Position numbers and translations under genes: made by a program. The notes under the pieces were generated by a model. That model did not search any database. It was not told the DNA's origin and worked only from the letters and a program-made list of their open reading frames with translations. A stretch of 64,000 bases of DNA from the human T2T-CHM13v2.0 reference genome, Homo sapiens, in NCBI RefSeq assembly GCF_009914755.1, contig NC_060926.1, one strand, 5' to 3'. This document shows positions 1-13,700 of this stretch, in pieces (the first letter of the stretch is position 1; every line of letters begins with the position of its first letter).

Positions 1-39
1 TATGGACTTTCTGAGAACGTAGCTTTGGATCAGAGATCC

Positions 40-850
40 ATAGCGAGGTCATGAGATTTTCCAGGGGAAGAATGTGCCAAGTAGACAGAAGAATAAGTGC
101 AAAGGCCCTGAGGTGAGATTGTGCTTGGCATGTTCAAAAAATGGCAAAGAAGTCACCATTGCAATCACAAGATCAGCTTAGGGATAAGGTTGCAGAAAAC
201 AGGGAAGGCGCTATTACGTAGGGCTGCGTAAGCCATCGGGGGAAGAAAAACACTGTTTTTTACTGAAAATTGAGTGAAAAGGCAAATGAAAGTTTTAAGA
301 AAGGTAATGAAATGATCAGAGTTATTTACTAAATGAATCACCTTGACTAATAGGCAGAGAATAGATACAATGATTGAAAAGTAGAAATGTTCTTGAAGAG
401 AGGCAATGCTGCCTCGGTCCTGGGGTATGGCAATGACAGTAGCAAGAAGTGGTCCAATGTAAGACATCTTGAAGAAAGGGCTAACAGAAATTATCAATGT
501 GCAGTATGAAAAAAATGAGGCAGAAAGGATAATTGTAAAGTTTGGGGCCTTAATACCTGAAGTAATGGAGTTACATTTTATTTGGAAAGGTGAGCTTGGG
601 GAAGAAGCAGATTTGGGGGATAAAACTATATTTTATTTTTGTTAAATTAAGTTTGAGATGCCTATTGAGCATCAATGAGACTCAATGGAAATCTTGAGTC
701 TGGAGCTCAAGGGAGAAGCCTGTGATAGATACATTTTAGGGTCATCCATATAAAGATGATATTTAACATCTGCAATCTGAATGAGACCACCAAAGGGATG
801 AGAAAATAGACAGAGAGGAGGAGTTTCAAGGGCTGAGTCCTTTGAAGAGT
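40..850 (-). mobile_element. LINE-2 (L2) fragment
   Basis: 'aagtgcaaaggccctgaggtgaga...gtgcttggcatgttc' is the reverse complement of the L2 3' consensus (cctcagggcctttgcacttg). 'ttttgttaaattaagtttgagatgcctatt' and 'tctggagctcaagggaga' are further L2 segments. Confidence 0.8.
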
Positions 851-1369
851 ATCCAGCAATCAGTCAGAGAATGGAGTGATTATATTGTAAGAATGTTGAG
901 ACTATGTCCAGTTGTTCTTAGAAACTTGTGCTGGAGAATTATACTATTGGTAGGCATTGGTTACATTTTCTGCCCTCTTTTTGAGGCCTCATGAAAGAAA
1001 GTTCTTTCTAGTCCTAGAACTATGCATAATTATGTTCCTCCTGAAAAACTATTTTATTATATTATGACACTATGAATTATAAAATAGTTTGTAACTTTTT
1101 TTTATTTACAGTTGCTTCTGAAAGCATACAGTCTAATTGGTTAGACACTCCTAGCAAGTGTAAAATCCCTTAGGGAACAAATTTTATGTACTAACCTCGC
1201 TTGTGACTCTTTCTTATCTTTCCTACCGTTATTTTACCTTTGTTCTGTTCCCTAAACACACTTAATCTTTAATTTTACTTTATTATGTTGCAATTTTACA
1301 TACTTATGTAAGTTACTGTATATCATTTCTGGAATTAATAAGAGCATTAATAGGTTTATAGACAGTAGA

Positions 1370-1437
1370 GGATAGACAGATGATAGATGATACATAGATT
1401 AGATAGATTGGTAGATAGATAGATACATTGATTGATA
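1370..1437. repeat. Imperfect (TAGA/GATA)n microsatellite
   Basis: gatagacagatgatagatgatacatagattagatagattggtagatagatagatac. Confidence 0.9.
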
Positions 1438-4400
1438 AGGCATCGATAGTTTTAAACACAGTAAGAGTCACATATTTTGGTTTCAGTGGCATTTTGAAGG
1501 AAGTGTGCTGTTGTTGGGCAGTGTCTTGTGATAGAATGTCAACAGGTCTGTATCTGACTGATAAAGAAACTCAGTCGGTTTCTATTCTGTGCATCATATC
1601 AAGACAAATGCAAGTTACAGGATGTAGCCCTCTTCCCTATACTATTCTCCACTTGCATTTATTTTCCCTACACATATTGAAATCTGAAAACTAGGCTGAA
1701 CTAAACATTAGAGAAGCTTCTATAGTGAGTTTAGCTTCCCTTGAGCCATGTGCAAATGAGCTTATTTTATACATATATATTTATATAAAATCTGCTCTCA
1801 TAATACACATTGGTCAAAATGCCTTTGTCTGGTTTAAAAAAATAATATGTGCACTCCACCAAAAAAGTTCTACAGCTATTTTTCACTGTATGTTCAAACA
1901 AACAAAGGAGACAAAAAGAGAAACTAAAGATTATTTTTAATGATAACAAGCCAAAACTTCACCTCGAAATTACACGTGCACACTGAATTCTGCACATGTC
2001 CAATGGAAGCTCTCACTTAAAATCAAATTATTTTTCAAACTAAAGCTGTGAAGACTTAAACTGGGAGAATCTGAGATCTGGCCCCTTTTATAATACTTTG
2101 AAGTACAGCTGGGAAGTTAGGATTTCTGGAAACCTATCTTTGATTTCCACTAAATTTATTGCATCACACATTTCAATTTTGCCTTCATTGTGCATCCATT
2201 AAACCATTAAAAAGTATACAGTTCTTGCAAGGGGTAGGATTGGGAGAAGTGGGGTTGGGATTATATTTAAGTCTTCACTGTGGGAAAATTCCTGAGTTCC
2301 TCATACCCTGTTAATATTCAAAGGTAGCTGTTGATCAGTTACCTGACAGGTAGAGAATAATTCACATTGCCACAAAATTACAGTAACCTTTTTGGAAATG
2401 TCTTGTGGTTGAACATTTTTATTCCTTGGTCAGGCAAATAAGATCACCATTATATTCAGAGAGGATGCTTGAGTCTGCGCCTCCTGTTTAGGAGAATTAA
2501 TATATTCTTAGGACAACTGTCACACTACACAAACCCCGTGCTATCTGCAAACAGCTTGGGGAAAATATTTCCTTAGGTCTGACATGAACTAGGCACCTCT
2601 TTTATGATACTTTTTTGGCAGAGAGAACCAGCCTCAACAAACCAGCTTCTTTCCAGTCATACTGCGTACACATCCACCACCTCTGGCCTTATTTTTAAAC
2701 CCAATGATGATAATAATTTTAAGGGCTGGGAATTATGAAGGCTTACTTGGCAGAGTCTTCCTATTGTGAATGATAAATCAAACTTGGGGTGCTTGCCAGC
2801 AAAAAAGTTCTTTCTTATCTCAGTAAATAAGTGAGGGTGGGCCTGATAAAGGCAAGACAATTTGGTAAGAATATTGTGATAGGGGCAACGGGTGGGCTTT
2901 GATATGGTTTTATTGCCTGCCTCATTTCAGTTTTTGGCTCACACACATTTGTCCACAAGCAGTGTCAGTTGGCTTTTTCCTTTCACAGCAGATTTTCTTA
3001 CCTTGTAAGTAGAAACCTACGTTAACCCTCTGCCAGTAAAAATAAGAGAAGCATTTTCTAAGCATATTTCTAATCAGCCATTCCTCTCAATAAGTGGATC
3101 TGTAAGACTGCAAACATAAAACATTGTTTTCTAGTCACCCCAATTTCCTAAGTGTGTAAATCCCCACATCTCTTCCCCTTTACAGCGCGCTCTCACTTGC
3201 ATGCTACTAGTTTGCATTCTAAAATGCCACCTGTTGAAAATAAAAGTCTCATGATATTTGCAAATTTTGGTTCATCCTGGTTTAGCTTTACACAGCAGTC
3301 TAATTTCACCGTGCTTAGCAATTACTTTTATTAGTTACTCCACCCAACAATCATATGATGTCAGAAACTTCATCTATTTCCCTGTCTTTATCTCTCCCTC
3401 TCATTCATTTCTTTCTCTTTTTTCTCACATATTAACACACATACACCCAGTTATTATCACTCAAATCATTTTAGCAGATCTCTACATGTGTCTCAAAATA
3501 TTCCATATAACTCAAAATAGCAAGTACTTGAAAAGATAGTTATCATCCCTCTGAACAGGCAAGAGCAACTGAGACATAGAGATATTTCTCTGATTAGAGA
3601 TTTGTTGTTTTAGAAATAAGTTACATAAAATGTCCTACTGCTTTTAGCTGTATCTGTTGCAACTTTGAGCAACTCAGTTTCTTCATTGGATAATATGAGG
3701 GCAGTGGATGAGGTCCACAGTGTCTCCCAGGGATATCGTTGTACAGTTCTATTTCCTCCAGGGCACATGTGAAATAAGTGAGGGATCTTTATGTAGACAC
3801 AGCTTATCAGTCCCAAAACAGTGTCCCTCCTGTAGATCACACATTTTCTGATAATAACCTGAGGGGAAGAGGGGCAAGGTTGCCTGTTTCCTGACATCCT
3901 GCTTTGCATACCCAAGACACCTACTTTATTAAAAAGTTAACTTTGCTCCAAAAAAATTTTTCCCTAAGTTTTTCAAGATTGATTGTTTCCTGTTATTGTT
4001 GGAGGTTTGCTTTCTATGGTCATTTGGTAAATAAATAGCTTTATAGGGGAAAACAAATGGCCTTGTTTTGTTTTTCTACTCCAGGGTTTATGTGTTAAAT
4101 TTCAGCTATGTCGTGTACTCACAGCTTAGTGCTTCAGACGGTTATGGGGAACTAGGAATTCTTAAAGGGGTAGGACAGGATGTCCTTTTCTATCGCTCAA
4201 TGAGTCATGGAGGATGAATGCCGTTTCAGGGGTTCTGTAGTTGTGATTTCAGTCAAGTTCCAGTGGCTTTCAACCACTTCTCTAAATCTGAATGAAGAAG
4301 CAGCCACAGGGACTGTGTGAATTATGCTAAGATGCATTCCCGTTAAGTGCTGAAGTGGCCTTTGCAGTGAATCCTTAAACTTTACAATGCCAGCAACAGC

Positions 4401-7400
4401 CTATCCAGAGACAGGGCAGAACCCCGACATATACCCTCTTCCATGCCCACATAAGACATTTGCATTTATCTCCATTCTTATTGCATTGAGCATCTCTGTC
4501 TCCTGGTCAGCAACCTCTGTGTCTTTGGAAAGTCAGGCCTCACTCAGAGCATGCTCCCTTCTCAGGCATTGTGACAAGATTGTGTTTCGGTTCCAAAGGG
4601 TTAATCCCAAAGTGAATTCTTTGCATGTGTAATTCAATACTTCATAACTGCTGAAAATTGGAGTCCACATAATTTATTTTCTTTGGTCGGGCACATTTGC
4701 CTCATGCTTGGCCGGGGCTGACTTCAGAGAGACACACCTAAAACTCTCAAGTGTCCCAAGTGGCCCATGTCAGTTGTACAGAGAGATTGTGGTACTTGGA
4801 CAGAGCCCAAGGATTAGGTGTTCCTGAGAAGGTTTTTTTGGCTCTACAAAGCCTTAGGATGTCATGGGAATAGGCTGCACTCCCTTTTCCCCCTTGAAGG
4901 CCACATATCAACGGGGTATCTAACCACTCAGAGACAGGCTCTACACAAAGGTATACATTAAAATAAATAGAACATGCAAGCAGAAAGAACTGAAAGAGAG
5001 GGAGGAATTGCTAAGTGGAGACGGGAAACAATTGCTTCATTGTTGAGGCAGTGATCTTAGAATTGCAGAGTACAGCCCCATCTACAGGACAGTTTGTAAA
5101 GTTGGAGCTTTTGGCTTAAAACACGAGACAGAACTTTACATGCAGTTTTTAATCCAGCTCACTTTGCATGGGCTTCACCTCACTGACAAAAATCCCACAT
5201 TTTTACTTAAAAATAATTGTCCCTCTTTGATGAGAGGGATTCAGAGAGTGACAGAGAGATAAGAAGTGAGGAAGAACGCGGCTTAAGGGTGCTTTCATTT
5301 AGCTCCTTTTCTTATTTTGGCAGTAAATATTCTTGTCCTCGCAATACTCATTTAATCTCTTTCTTTGCTTTCCAACAACTTCCTCTCATTTGGTTTCCTC
5401 TCATTATTCCTTGATTTGGGAGGGGGCATGTGTATTTTCACCATTCAAACAAAATAAAAAAGCTGTGCTTGTTTGAACACCATTTTTGTGCTGGCTGGCA
5501 AGCATGTGACTTTAAAGAAGGTTCAGGTTTTTAGGTTGAAAGGAGCTGAAAAACTTTAAAGTAATAATTAAAGCCAACTCTCTACGTGCACATTCCCTCC
5601 CCTCCCTTTATTTTAAAAACCTTGCCTGCCAACGCAGTGGCTGCTGTCTTAATGCTATTTCAACAGGAGACCTGGGTTTCAGGACAAGATCCAGGCCATA
5701 GGGGAGACTTGATGGCTCGGGGAATTAGTAATGGGATTTGGAGCCCTTCATTTCTAGGTCACTGGTTTGAATAGAGCCCAGGTCAGTAATGACTGAAAGT
5801 TGTTACCACCCGATGCCTGCTCTTCCTTAGCTGATCTGAGCTTGCCTGCCACTCCATCCCTGAGTGCCTGTGGCCCGTCTGCACTAATGGCATTCATTGA
5901 CAAGTTGGCTAACTTAGGCCTTAAATGTGAGGCAGCCCAGTTTCTGCCATGTGCAAACACGGGGTCCACACTCTGCTGCAGCTGCTCTTCAGGGAATAAT
6001 GCAGAGAGAGACAGAGTTACAAAGCTATTTTGCCTTTCTGATTACTCTGGGACCTAGCAAATCTATCTCCACTCACCTTAAGTCTCTGAGGCATTATATC
6101 TTCAGCCATTTAAAGGTAAGATCCAGGGAGAAGAAGTAACAGGCCTCAGAGGACCAAGTTTTCAAATACTCCAAATGTATGTATTCTGAGAAGACCGATT
6201 TAAAAGATCTGAATTAGGAGCTGCTGCTGCTGTTTCTAGTACCAGATAATCATGGCCCTTTTAAAATACCGCTTGCTGGACCCCAAACCTGTGCTTACAA
6301 AGTGTAGAAAGAAGGCAGATGTTTCCAGAACTTATATTAGGAAAGTGTTTGAAAAAATAATTACTGCTTTCTTTTTGTTTGTTTGTTTGTTTACAAGAGG
6401 AGAAATGCTTGCTGTAAAAGGATGGAGATAGAGAAGGAAGGACTGTGGAAACTCAAGAACAATGCACTACATTGGCAGTTCCTGCAACCTGCTACAGCCG
6501 GAGGCCAGTCTCTATGTGCAGAGACAAACTTGCTCTGGAGCTGTGGTTAAAGAGGGGGAGGAGCTGGAGTGGGGACTAGGTGCCTCCGGAAAGGATCTGA
6601 GGCCTTTCACACAGCTACCTGTCAGTCCCTGGGCCCGGGGCTGCAACCTACACATGCTTCACTCTGTCTCTCCAACCAACACCCCTTCCCTAGAGGCAGG
6701 TGAAGCCCCTTCCCAATAAAGAATTACATTATGTATCATCAATTAAGAAATACAATTATATAAAGACCCATTTGTATCAGTCTTATATTTAGATTTCCTT
6801 TTCAGACAAGGGGGTTTTTAACAGCATTGATTTTCAGTAATAAACCAATTACAGGTTCTTACCACATTGCTAAGATACTGGATGAAAAGTTTTAACTATA
6901 GAGTTCGGTTAAAGTGGGTAATGGAAAACACAGCACTATGTTTCCATTTGTTTCTGATTTACTACTTCCAGCTCTACATTTATTCCTCTTAGATTTCCTG
7001 GATTTTTGTTTACTTGGTTTTTGTTTTCATTTCATTTCCAAGACTATTTGTCTGCTTTTTACCTTTGCATTCTCTTGTTTTGTTTAGGAAGCACAGTCGT
7101 CTACATTTTTGCTGGAAATATGGAAAAGCACTATGGCTAATGGAATGACTTGATGCCAATGATCTACCCTTCAGCTAAGCCATCAGGCTCTGCTCCTCAC
7201 TCTGACAGCAGTGGACTTAGCCCATGGCACCACCCCCACTTCCAGCATCACCTGCAGGGCCTGGGCCAGTGGTTCTTTGTGTGCCATCCATTTTCTGCCT
7301 TTTCTTAGATGAATCCAACTAGTAATTGATTTTGTTATTCAGAGAATCCTAGAATCCTAGTGTTGGATGGAGGCTTACAGATCAGCCTCTTCACAAATTT

Positions 7401-8799
7401 CTCCTAGCATGGAGATCTGAGTATTGCTTGAACATGTTTTGAAGAAGCACTCTCTCCTCTTCTAGGCTTTCTATTCCATGTTTGTTTATTGTCTCACACC
7501 AGTCAGGAAATGGGGCTACAGCGGTAAACAAAATTGCCTCTGCAGAGCTTGGAATTGAGTACAGAAGAAGAATCACCCCGTAATTGCAAAGATGTTGAAA
7601 GTTCATCAGCATTGTTCACTACCGTCTTTCCTAGGTTGAATCTGAATCAAACCCACATGTCATGAACACCCACTCATGTCTTCATCTGCCTGCTGAAATT
7701 CCAGGTGGTATTCTTCTTCTATATGATGGCTTCTGGACACAGTAAATGAGTTCTTGCCCATTTCAGGGGTTTTATTTCTTTAACTCCCACAGCCCTGAGA
7801 CCTTGACAGGAGTTGACTGCTCCATAAATGCCTGGCTCTATCAGGAATGTCAGCTTTGGTCATTGTAGCTGGACTTTGGACCTAGCTGAAGTTGCAGAGA
7901 CTACTGGCACCCAAACTAGCCCTTTAATATGTTGAAGAATAGATGAGACACACTTTGCAAGATTTCAAATGAGAAAAAAATAATGTGAAATACCTGCCAC
8001 TATGACTGACTTCATATGAAAAACTGTAGTGAGGGACATGAGAACTAAAAGTTTTAAACTTTATGATGGAATAGTTTTACATAATACTTTTGTTAACACT
8101 ACGAAGGTACAAAAAACTACACCAAAACTCATAAACGTGATTACAAATGGGGAAAAGAGGGGCCATAGGTAGAAAAAAAATATGTTGTAATGTGCAAATG
8201 TTATATTACTTTTATTTTGTACCATTGACTGCATTAACGATTCACAATTCCATGAATTTAAAAAATTGTGTTATCACCATCTAAAATTGGTTTAAAAAAA
8301 GTAAAAATAGGAAAAATAACAAGAGAAAAAGATTTTTTTTCAGTCTTGAATTTTGAGAGTCATGAAAATATCTGCCAGAGTTTAGCAGAATTTTTAAGCT
8401 TTGATTCTTGTATGAAACCCAAATCCCTTCCCTGGGCAAACAAAATTACACAGTTTGTAGCCAAAAAAACCATAAAGACAATAAAAATAAAAACAAACCA
8501 AAATAGAAAAATTTCTGAGTCTGCAAGGAGAGACTTCAGGCTCCAGTGTCTTCAGACCTACTATCTTGAGCTAAAGGCAAAGCTCTTACAGAGGAACAGG
8601 CTTATGAGGAAAACATCTTTGTACCGAGATCTTCATGTGTTCACCTTTGACTTGGCATAGAATTGAAGATCTAGAATTACAACTCTGCAAGACTTTTTTC
8701 AGATGTTTTTTTCATAACATCACATGTTCAGAGCTGAATGTGTGAGAAATGGAATATTCTGTACATATTGTAGAAGCTAATTAAAAGATGCTGATGTTA

Positions 8800-9322
<523 letters not shown>

Positions 9323-9399
9323 TTCAGGTTACTGCTCAGAATCCGGTAGTAGTCTTGTTCTAATAGTTCTTGCTATCTCAAGTTATAACTCTTTTATGT

Positions 9400-10229
9400 A
9401 GTCAGGCTGTGTTCTTTTCCCCTGCTCAGTGTCTATTGTGTGGCTTGAAGTAGCAGCATAACCACTCAACCACTCTCTGTTTGTAGGGTTCTGTGGTGTT
9501 GACCCCAACACCCTGTTCCAGATGTGTCCTCCAAACCAGGACTGCCGAATTAGCATAGTCCAATCCTCTGGCAATAATAATTAGGCCAAGGTTGAGCACT
9601 GGACCAAAGTCTGGCCAATAGGATTTAATTATATGGCTTTACTTTTAGAACTTTTGTCTGTTAATGTTTTATTGGACTTTCTATTAATTCTTAAAAGTCT
9701 GATGGTGCTGGTTACCACCCAGTATTCCTCTTAGATGTGGGTTACTAGGGTCCCCATCCAAGGCATACTCTTGCTCCCCTGCCCTGCCCTTTCCTAAGGA
9801 GCAAAGGAGACATGACTACCGGAAACATACCCCTGCCTTGGTACAAAAACACTAGAATTTTCTGCCAAACAGTTGTCAGTTTCCAGGGCCCAAAATAGGC
9901 CCCTTTTTAGGCTCCATATTCAGGGAGAGGGGAAGGACTTCAAGCCAGGCATCCCTATTTTACACAAGCCTAAAATGTACATTTGCAGGCCCTGAAAGCG
10001 TTTGGAGCATGCTTAGGGCAAATATTTGTAGTCAGTGTGCCTAAAAGTGAAACCAAGGATGAGACAAGCAATCAAGGGACTGAGACAGAGTCTTGATGGA
10101 CTTCTTTGAGTTCTAGATCCAGCTATGTGAGAAGCAAGACTAACCCTTGGATTTTCGAGCTCCTGAGTCAATAGGTTAGTTTGAACATGTTTTCTTTCAT
10201 TTGTAACTCAGAGGGTTCTGTCTGAGACA
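9400..10229 (+). mobile_element. Old MaLR LTR (MLT1K/J/L-like), probably interrupted
   Basis: The 3' end 'tagatccagctatgtgagaagcaagactaacccttggattttc...tgagtcaata...tttcatttgtaactcagagggttctgtctgagaca' resembles the MLT1 3' consensus. The 5' boundary is uncertain. Confidence 0.6.
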
Positions 10230-10389
10230 CTTTTCCTTTGTACTCCATCCTGAATTGACATTCCTTTATCTGTAATCATAACACCACTTATAATATTCAG
10301 AACTTTATCATATTCTCTAATTATTTAATGCAGGAGAATTTTTCTTTCTCAAGATTTCCAAAGGATGTTTGCAAGCTGTGCAAGAGGAT

Positions 10390-10565
10390 GGAGTTTGGAC
10401 TCACTCTGATGTGACTAAATGTATGACCTTGAATAAGTTAGTTAACTTCCTTGATACTTAGTTTCTTCATCGTTAAAATGGAAATAAGCCTACTCAAAGT
10501 TCTAGGATTGCTTAAGAGATTGAATGTAATCAGCCTTGTACACAATAGTCATTCAACAAATACCT
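10390..10565 (+). mobile_element. MIR
   Basis: 'tgtatgaccttgaataagttagttaacttccttgatacttagtttcttcatcgttaaaatggaaataa' is a MIR core. Confidence 0.8.
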
Positions 10566-10639
10566 TGATCATTTCCTTGAGGGCCTTGGCTGTAGAAGGT
10601 AAGAAAACCAAATTAACTGATTTAAGTAAAGTGTCTTTT

Positions 10640-10708
10640 TAATTTAAATATATATTTTTTTAAACATTTTTGTGGGTACATAGTAAGGTGTATAGAATAT
10701 GATAAAAG
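10640..10708 (-). mobile_element. Ultra-short 5'-truncated L1MA-type 3' end
   Basis: 'tttttgtgggtacatagtaaggtgtata' matches the reverse complement of the L1MA1-4 3' terminus. It is flanked by aagtgtctttt (10629-10639) and aagcgtctttt (10709-10719). Confidence 0.65.
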
Positions 10709-13700
10709 AAGCGTCTTTTAAAAAATCATTAATGTAATATCTCATGGAGAAAGACGTAGATAGGCAAGGGTTAGCTGGTAGCAGGGACACAAAAACCAAA
10801 CTATTTTTTTTCAGCTCTCCTTACCTATTCCATTCTTTCCTTTTGGTGCTATCTGGCTTTGTCTCATTCTCAGTGTACAGTGAGGTATAAGGCTTCCAAC
10901 AGACCCTAGGTTTGTTTGCATCTGCTTCATTCAAGAGTGCATCTAAACTGAGCTAGAAAGTTTTATTCTTATGTCAAATTTTTAGGAAGTACTCTGATTT
11001 CTTTAATTTGGACCAATCAAATGTGGCTAGGCAAGAGGTTAAAAATTGTATTAACCTTCTGCAGTAACATAAGGTTGAAGTGAGGGGAGGAGAATTCCCA
11101 AAAGATAACAGCACTGGTGCCACAAAAAAGGGAGATTAGGCTAGAAAAACATGTGATATTAGACTATAGCAATAGTTTTTAAGAAAATATTCTGAATTTC
11201 CTACCTTTCTAACAAAATACTAAGTACATGTTAGTGTACCATAAACACATGACTAAATATTTTGTGTTTTGAAACTCAAAACTGAACCTACAAACAGAGG
11301 GGCTGAGTGGTTTCTTAATCACCACACAGCAGGGGAAATAAATCAGCAATGAGACTTGACCTCTTAGTCCCTTAATATGATCCCAAGAATCTTTAATTCA
11401 AGTATTTATCAAGGCTTCTTCTTTTAAAGTGACCATGTAAATCTTTAGTAGATGGCTGTTATAATGTTGATATGGACGCATTATGTATGAAAAATGGGTA
11501 GCTGAACACTTGCAGTGACTGATTTCCACGCATTAATAACCTGACCATTTAATTAAAATATAATGCCCGAGGGTCCCAATCCGCAACACAGAATGACCTA
11601 GTGAATGTCCTGTCATTGAGAGGTAGGAGAGGGATAAGAAGAAGTAACTCAGCGACAGACTGGTCACCTTTGTATCTTTGCATGACTTACTATAACTAAA
11701 GCCTAACTATGTCTGAGCCCAGAACTCCCACCTAGTAGGCTTTCTAGCTCTGTGTATGGTGTTTGGATTTTGTGCATTCCTTTGAGCTCCAAGGCTGTGA
11801 GTGCACCACAATGCAACAGAAATGTGCAAATTCCAGTGGAAGTCACTGGCACTTCTTTGGCTCCTGAAAATACACCATCATTGTGATGTCCCAGAAATAG
11901 CCACACTCTGAAGGTTGTTTCTTTAGCCAGTGTAAGCCAGAGACTCTACTGCATAAGTGGGACATGCTAGCTCAGAAACTTATAATGTAAAGTTTTCATG
12001 TTCAGCTCACTTCTTAGTTTACAAAAACCCTTATCAAAAGAGCATTCTAAATTGGAATTAGTTAGTGATCCAGGTCTCTAAAGCCCAGGACTGGAAGAAA
12101 AGATTTCTTAATTACACCAGCAGGGGCTTGGTTTCTATTCTTAGTGCATCTGGGTAATGTGGTTATGTTCATGATGCGTCTAGTTTCTGCACTGCCAGGG
12201 ATAGCCTTCGGTTCATTCTATGTTAGGGTGTACAAATGGAGGGTCTCTGAGTTTGCTCTTTTTCCTGGATAGAGGTAATTCAGGATTCTCAAAAGCAACA
12301 TATCAATGTAATTTTTATTGTGCTATGTCTTAGGCCAATCAGATTGAAGTTTATGTAAAACACAAAATTATTAAAACAAAGGATAATTTGATAGGAATTT
12401 TGAGTTATTTGCATATCCTGTTCGGTGAATGTCACTACTCAGCCCTCACTGAAAGTAGATCGGATTGAAACTTCCAGGCTACCTTGAGGGAGAAGTAAGG
12501 GTTACTATTCAGAGAGTATCTATGCTGCAGTTTTCTGCTAGTAGGCCATCTATGAAATGGGAAACTCAGGGTGTCTTTCTTTGCCAATAGAGCACCATCT
12601 ATGTGCTTCTGTTTCTGAGAGGAAGAGTAAGTGTCAGGAATCAGTTTCCAACAATCTCTCTTTTTCTGCCTGAAAGTTGAGTTATGTGTTCTGAATTACT
12701 GTAAATTTTTATACAAACCTATGTCCTTGTGATATTGTTTGATTTATAACTTTTGGCTACCTTCAAAGTTCTGAAAAGTACAACAAAACACAGCTTAGGG
12801 AGAAAATACAGATTTCTTTTTAACAGAAATAGTTGGTGAGTTAAATCAAGGGCCCAAATATTTTTAATTGCTGTACTTTTTTATTTAAAAATATACAATA
12901 GTCTACCCTGAGGTAAAAAATAAATAGCTTGGTGTCATAAAGTTAATAGACACTATTCACAAAGTTGGGTTTAATACCAAGGCGTTTATTTTCGATCATT
13001 AAAAATCTACTTCAGATGGCAATATTCTTTTGTACAAAAATTTAACAGAAATTCATTTACATTCTTCTCCATTTTATGTTTATCTGAGGAAAATGATGCC
13101 ATAAGTTCTTATGAAACAGAACAAGCCAAAAACTTTTCTTTTAACTAATCCTGATGAAGTTTGTCAAAGTAAGATTTAAGGCAAGAAGGTTGCTTCTTGG
13201 CAGGAGAATTCTGGAAGGGAAAAGTGGCTGAAACTTTGCATGGTTGCATTTGTTTCTGGTCAAGCTGCCTTATCACAATTCAAACTCTCATGCTGGGAAA
13301 TTGCTCTTTCTTTGGTACCTTTTCTGCCAGAATTCAACTCTAACAACAAAAGTTTATAAACAATGAAAATTCCAGCTGGTTGACATCAGCGTCACGAAGC
13401 TTTCTCTTCACACTGATACAAATATTTACCCTGAGCTCTGGCAAGGCTTTCCTTGCCCATGTCACCCTTAATCATACATTTTTCCTTGATTGAGTTATGC
13501 TTTCCAGTATGTGATTTGCTCTGGTTTACTTTTTAACACATCCCAGAGGCTTCGTCAAAATCAACTCTGGGCAGGCCATGTCATTTGGTAGCTGCCAAAC
13601 ATGTTATTGAGAAGAAACTTGGCAAATATCAAACCAGTCCTCTCTAACTGCTCTAATAAATGTTTGTTCTTTTTGACCACCATTTACTTTTTAGGTCCCT

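Noticed and set aside
8268-8660. 130-aa Lys-rich ORF
   Set aside because: It is a product of A-rich sequence with a GTG start and no homology or splice support.
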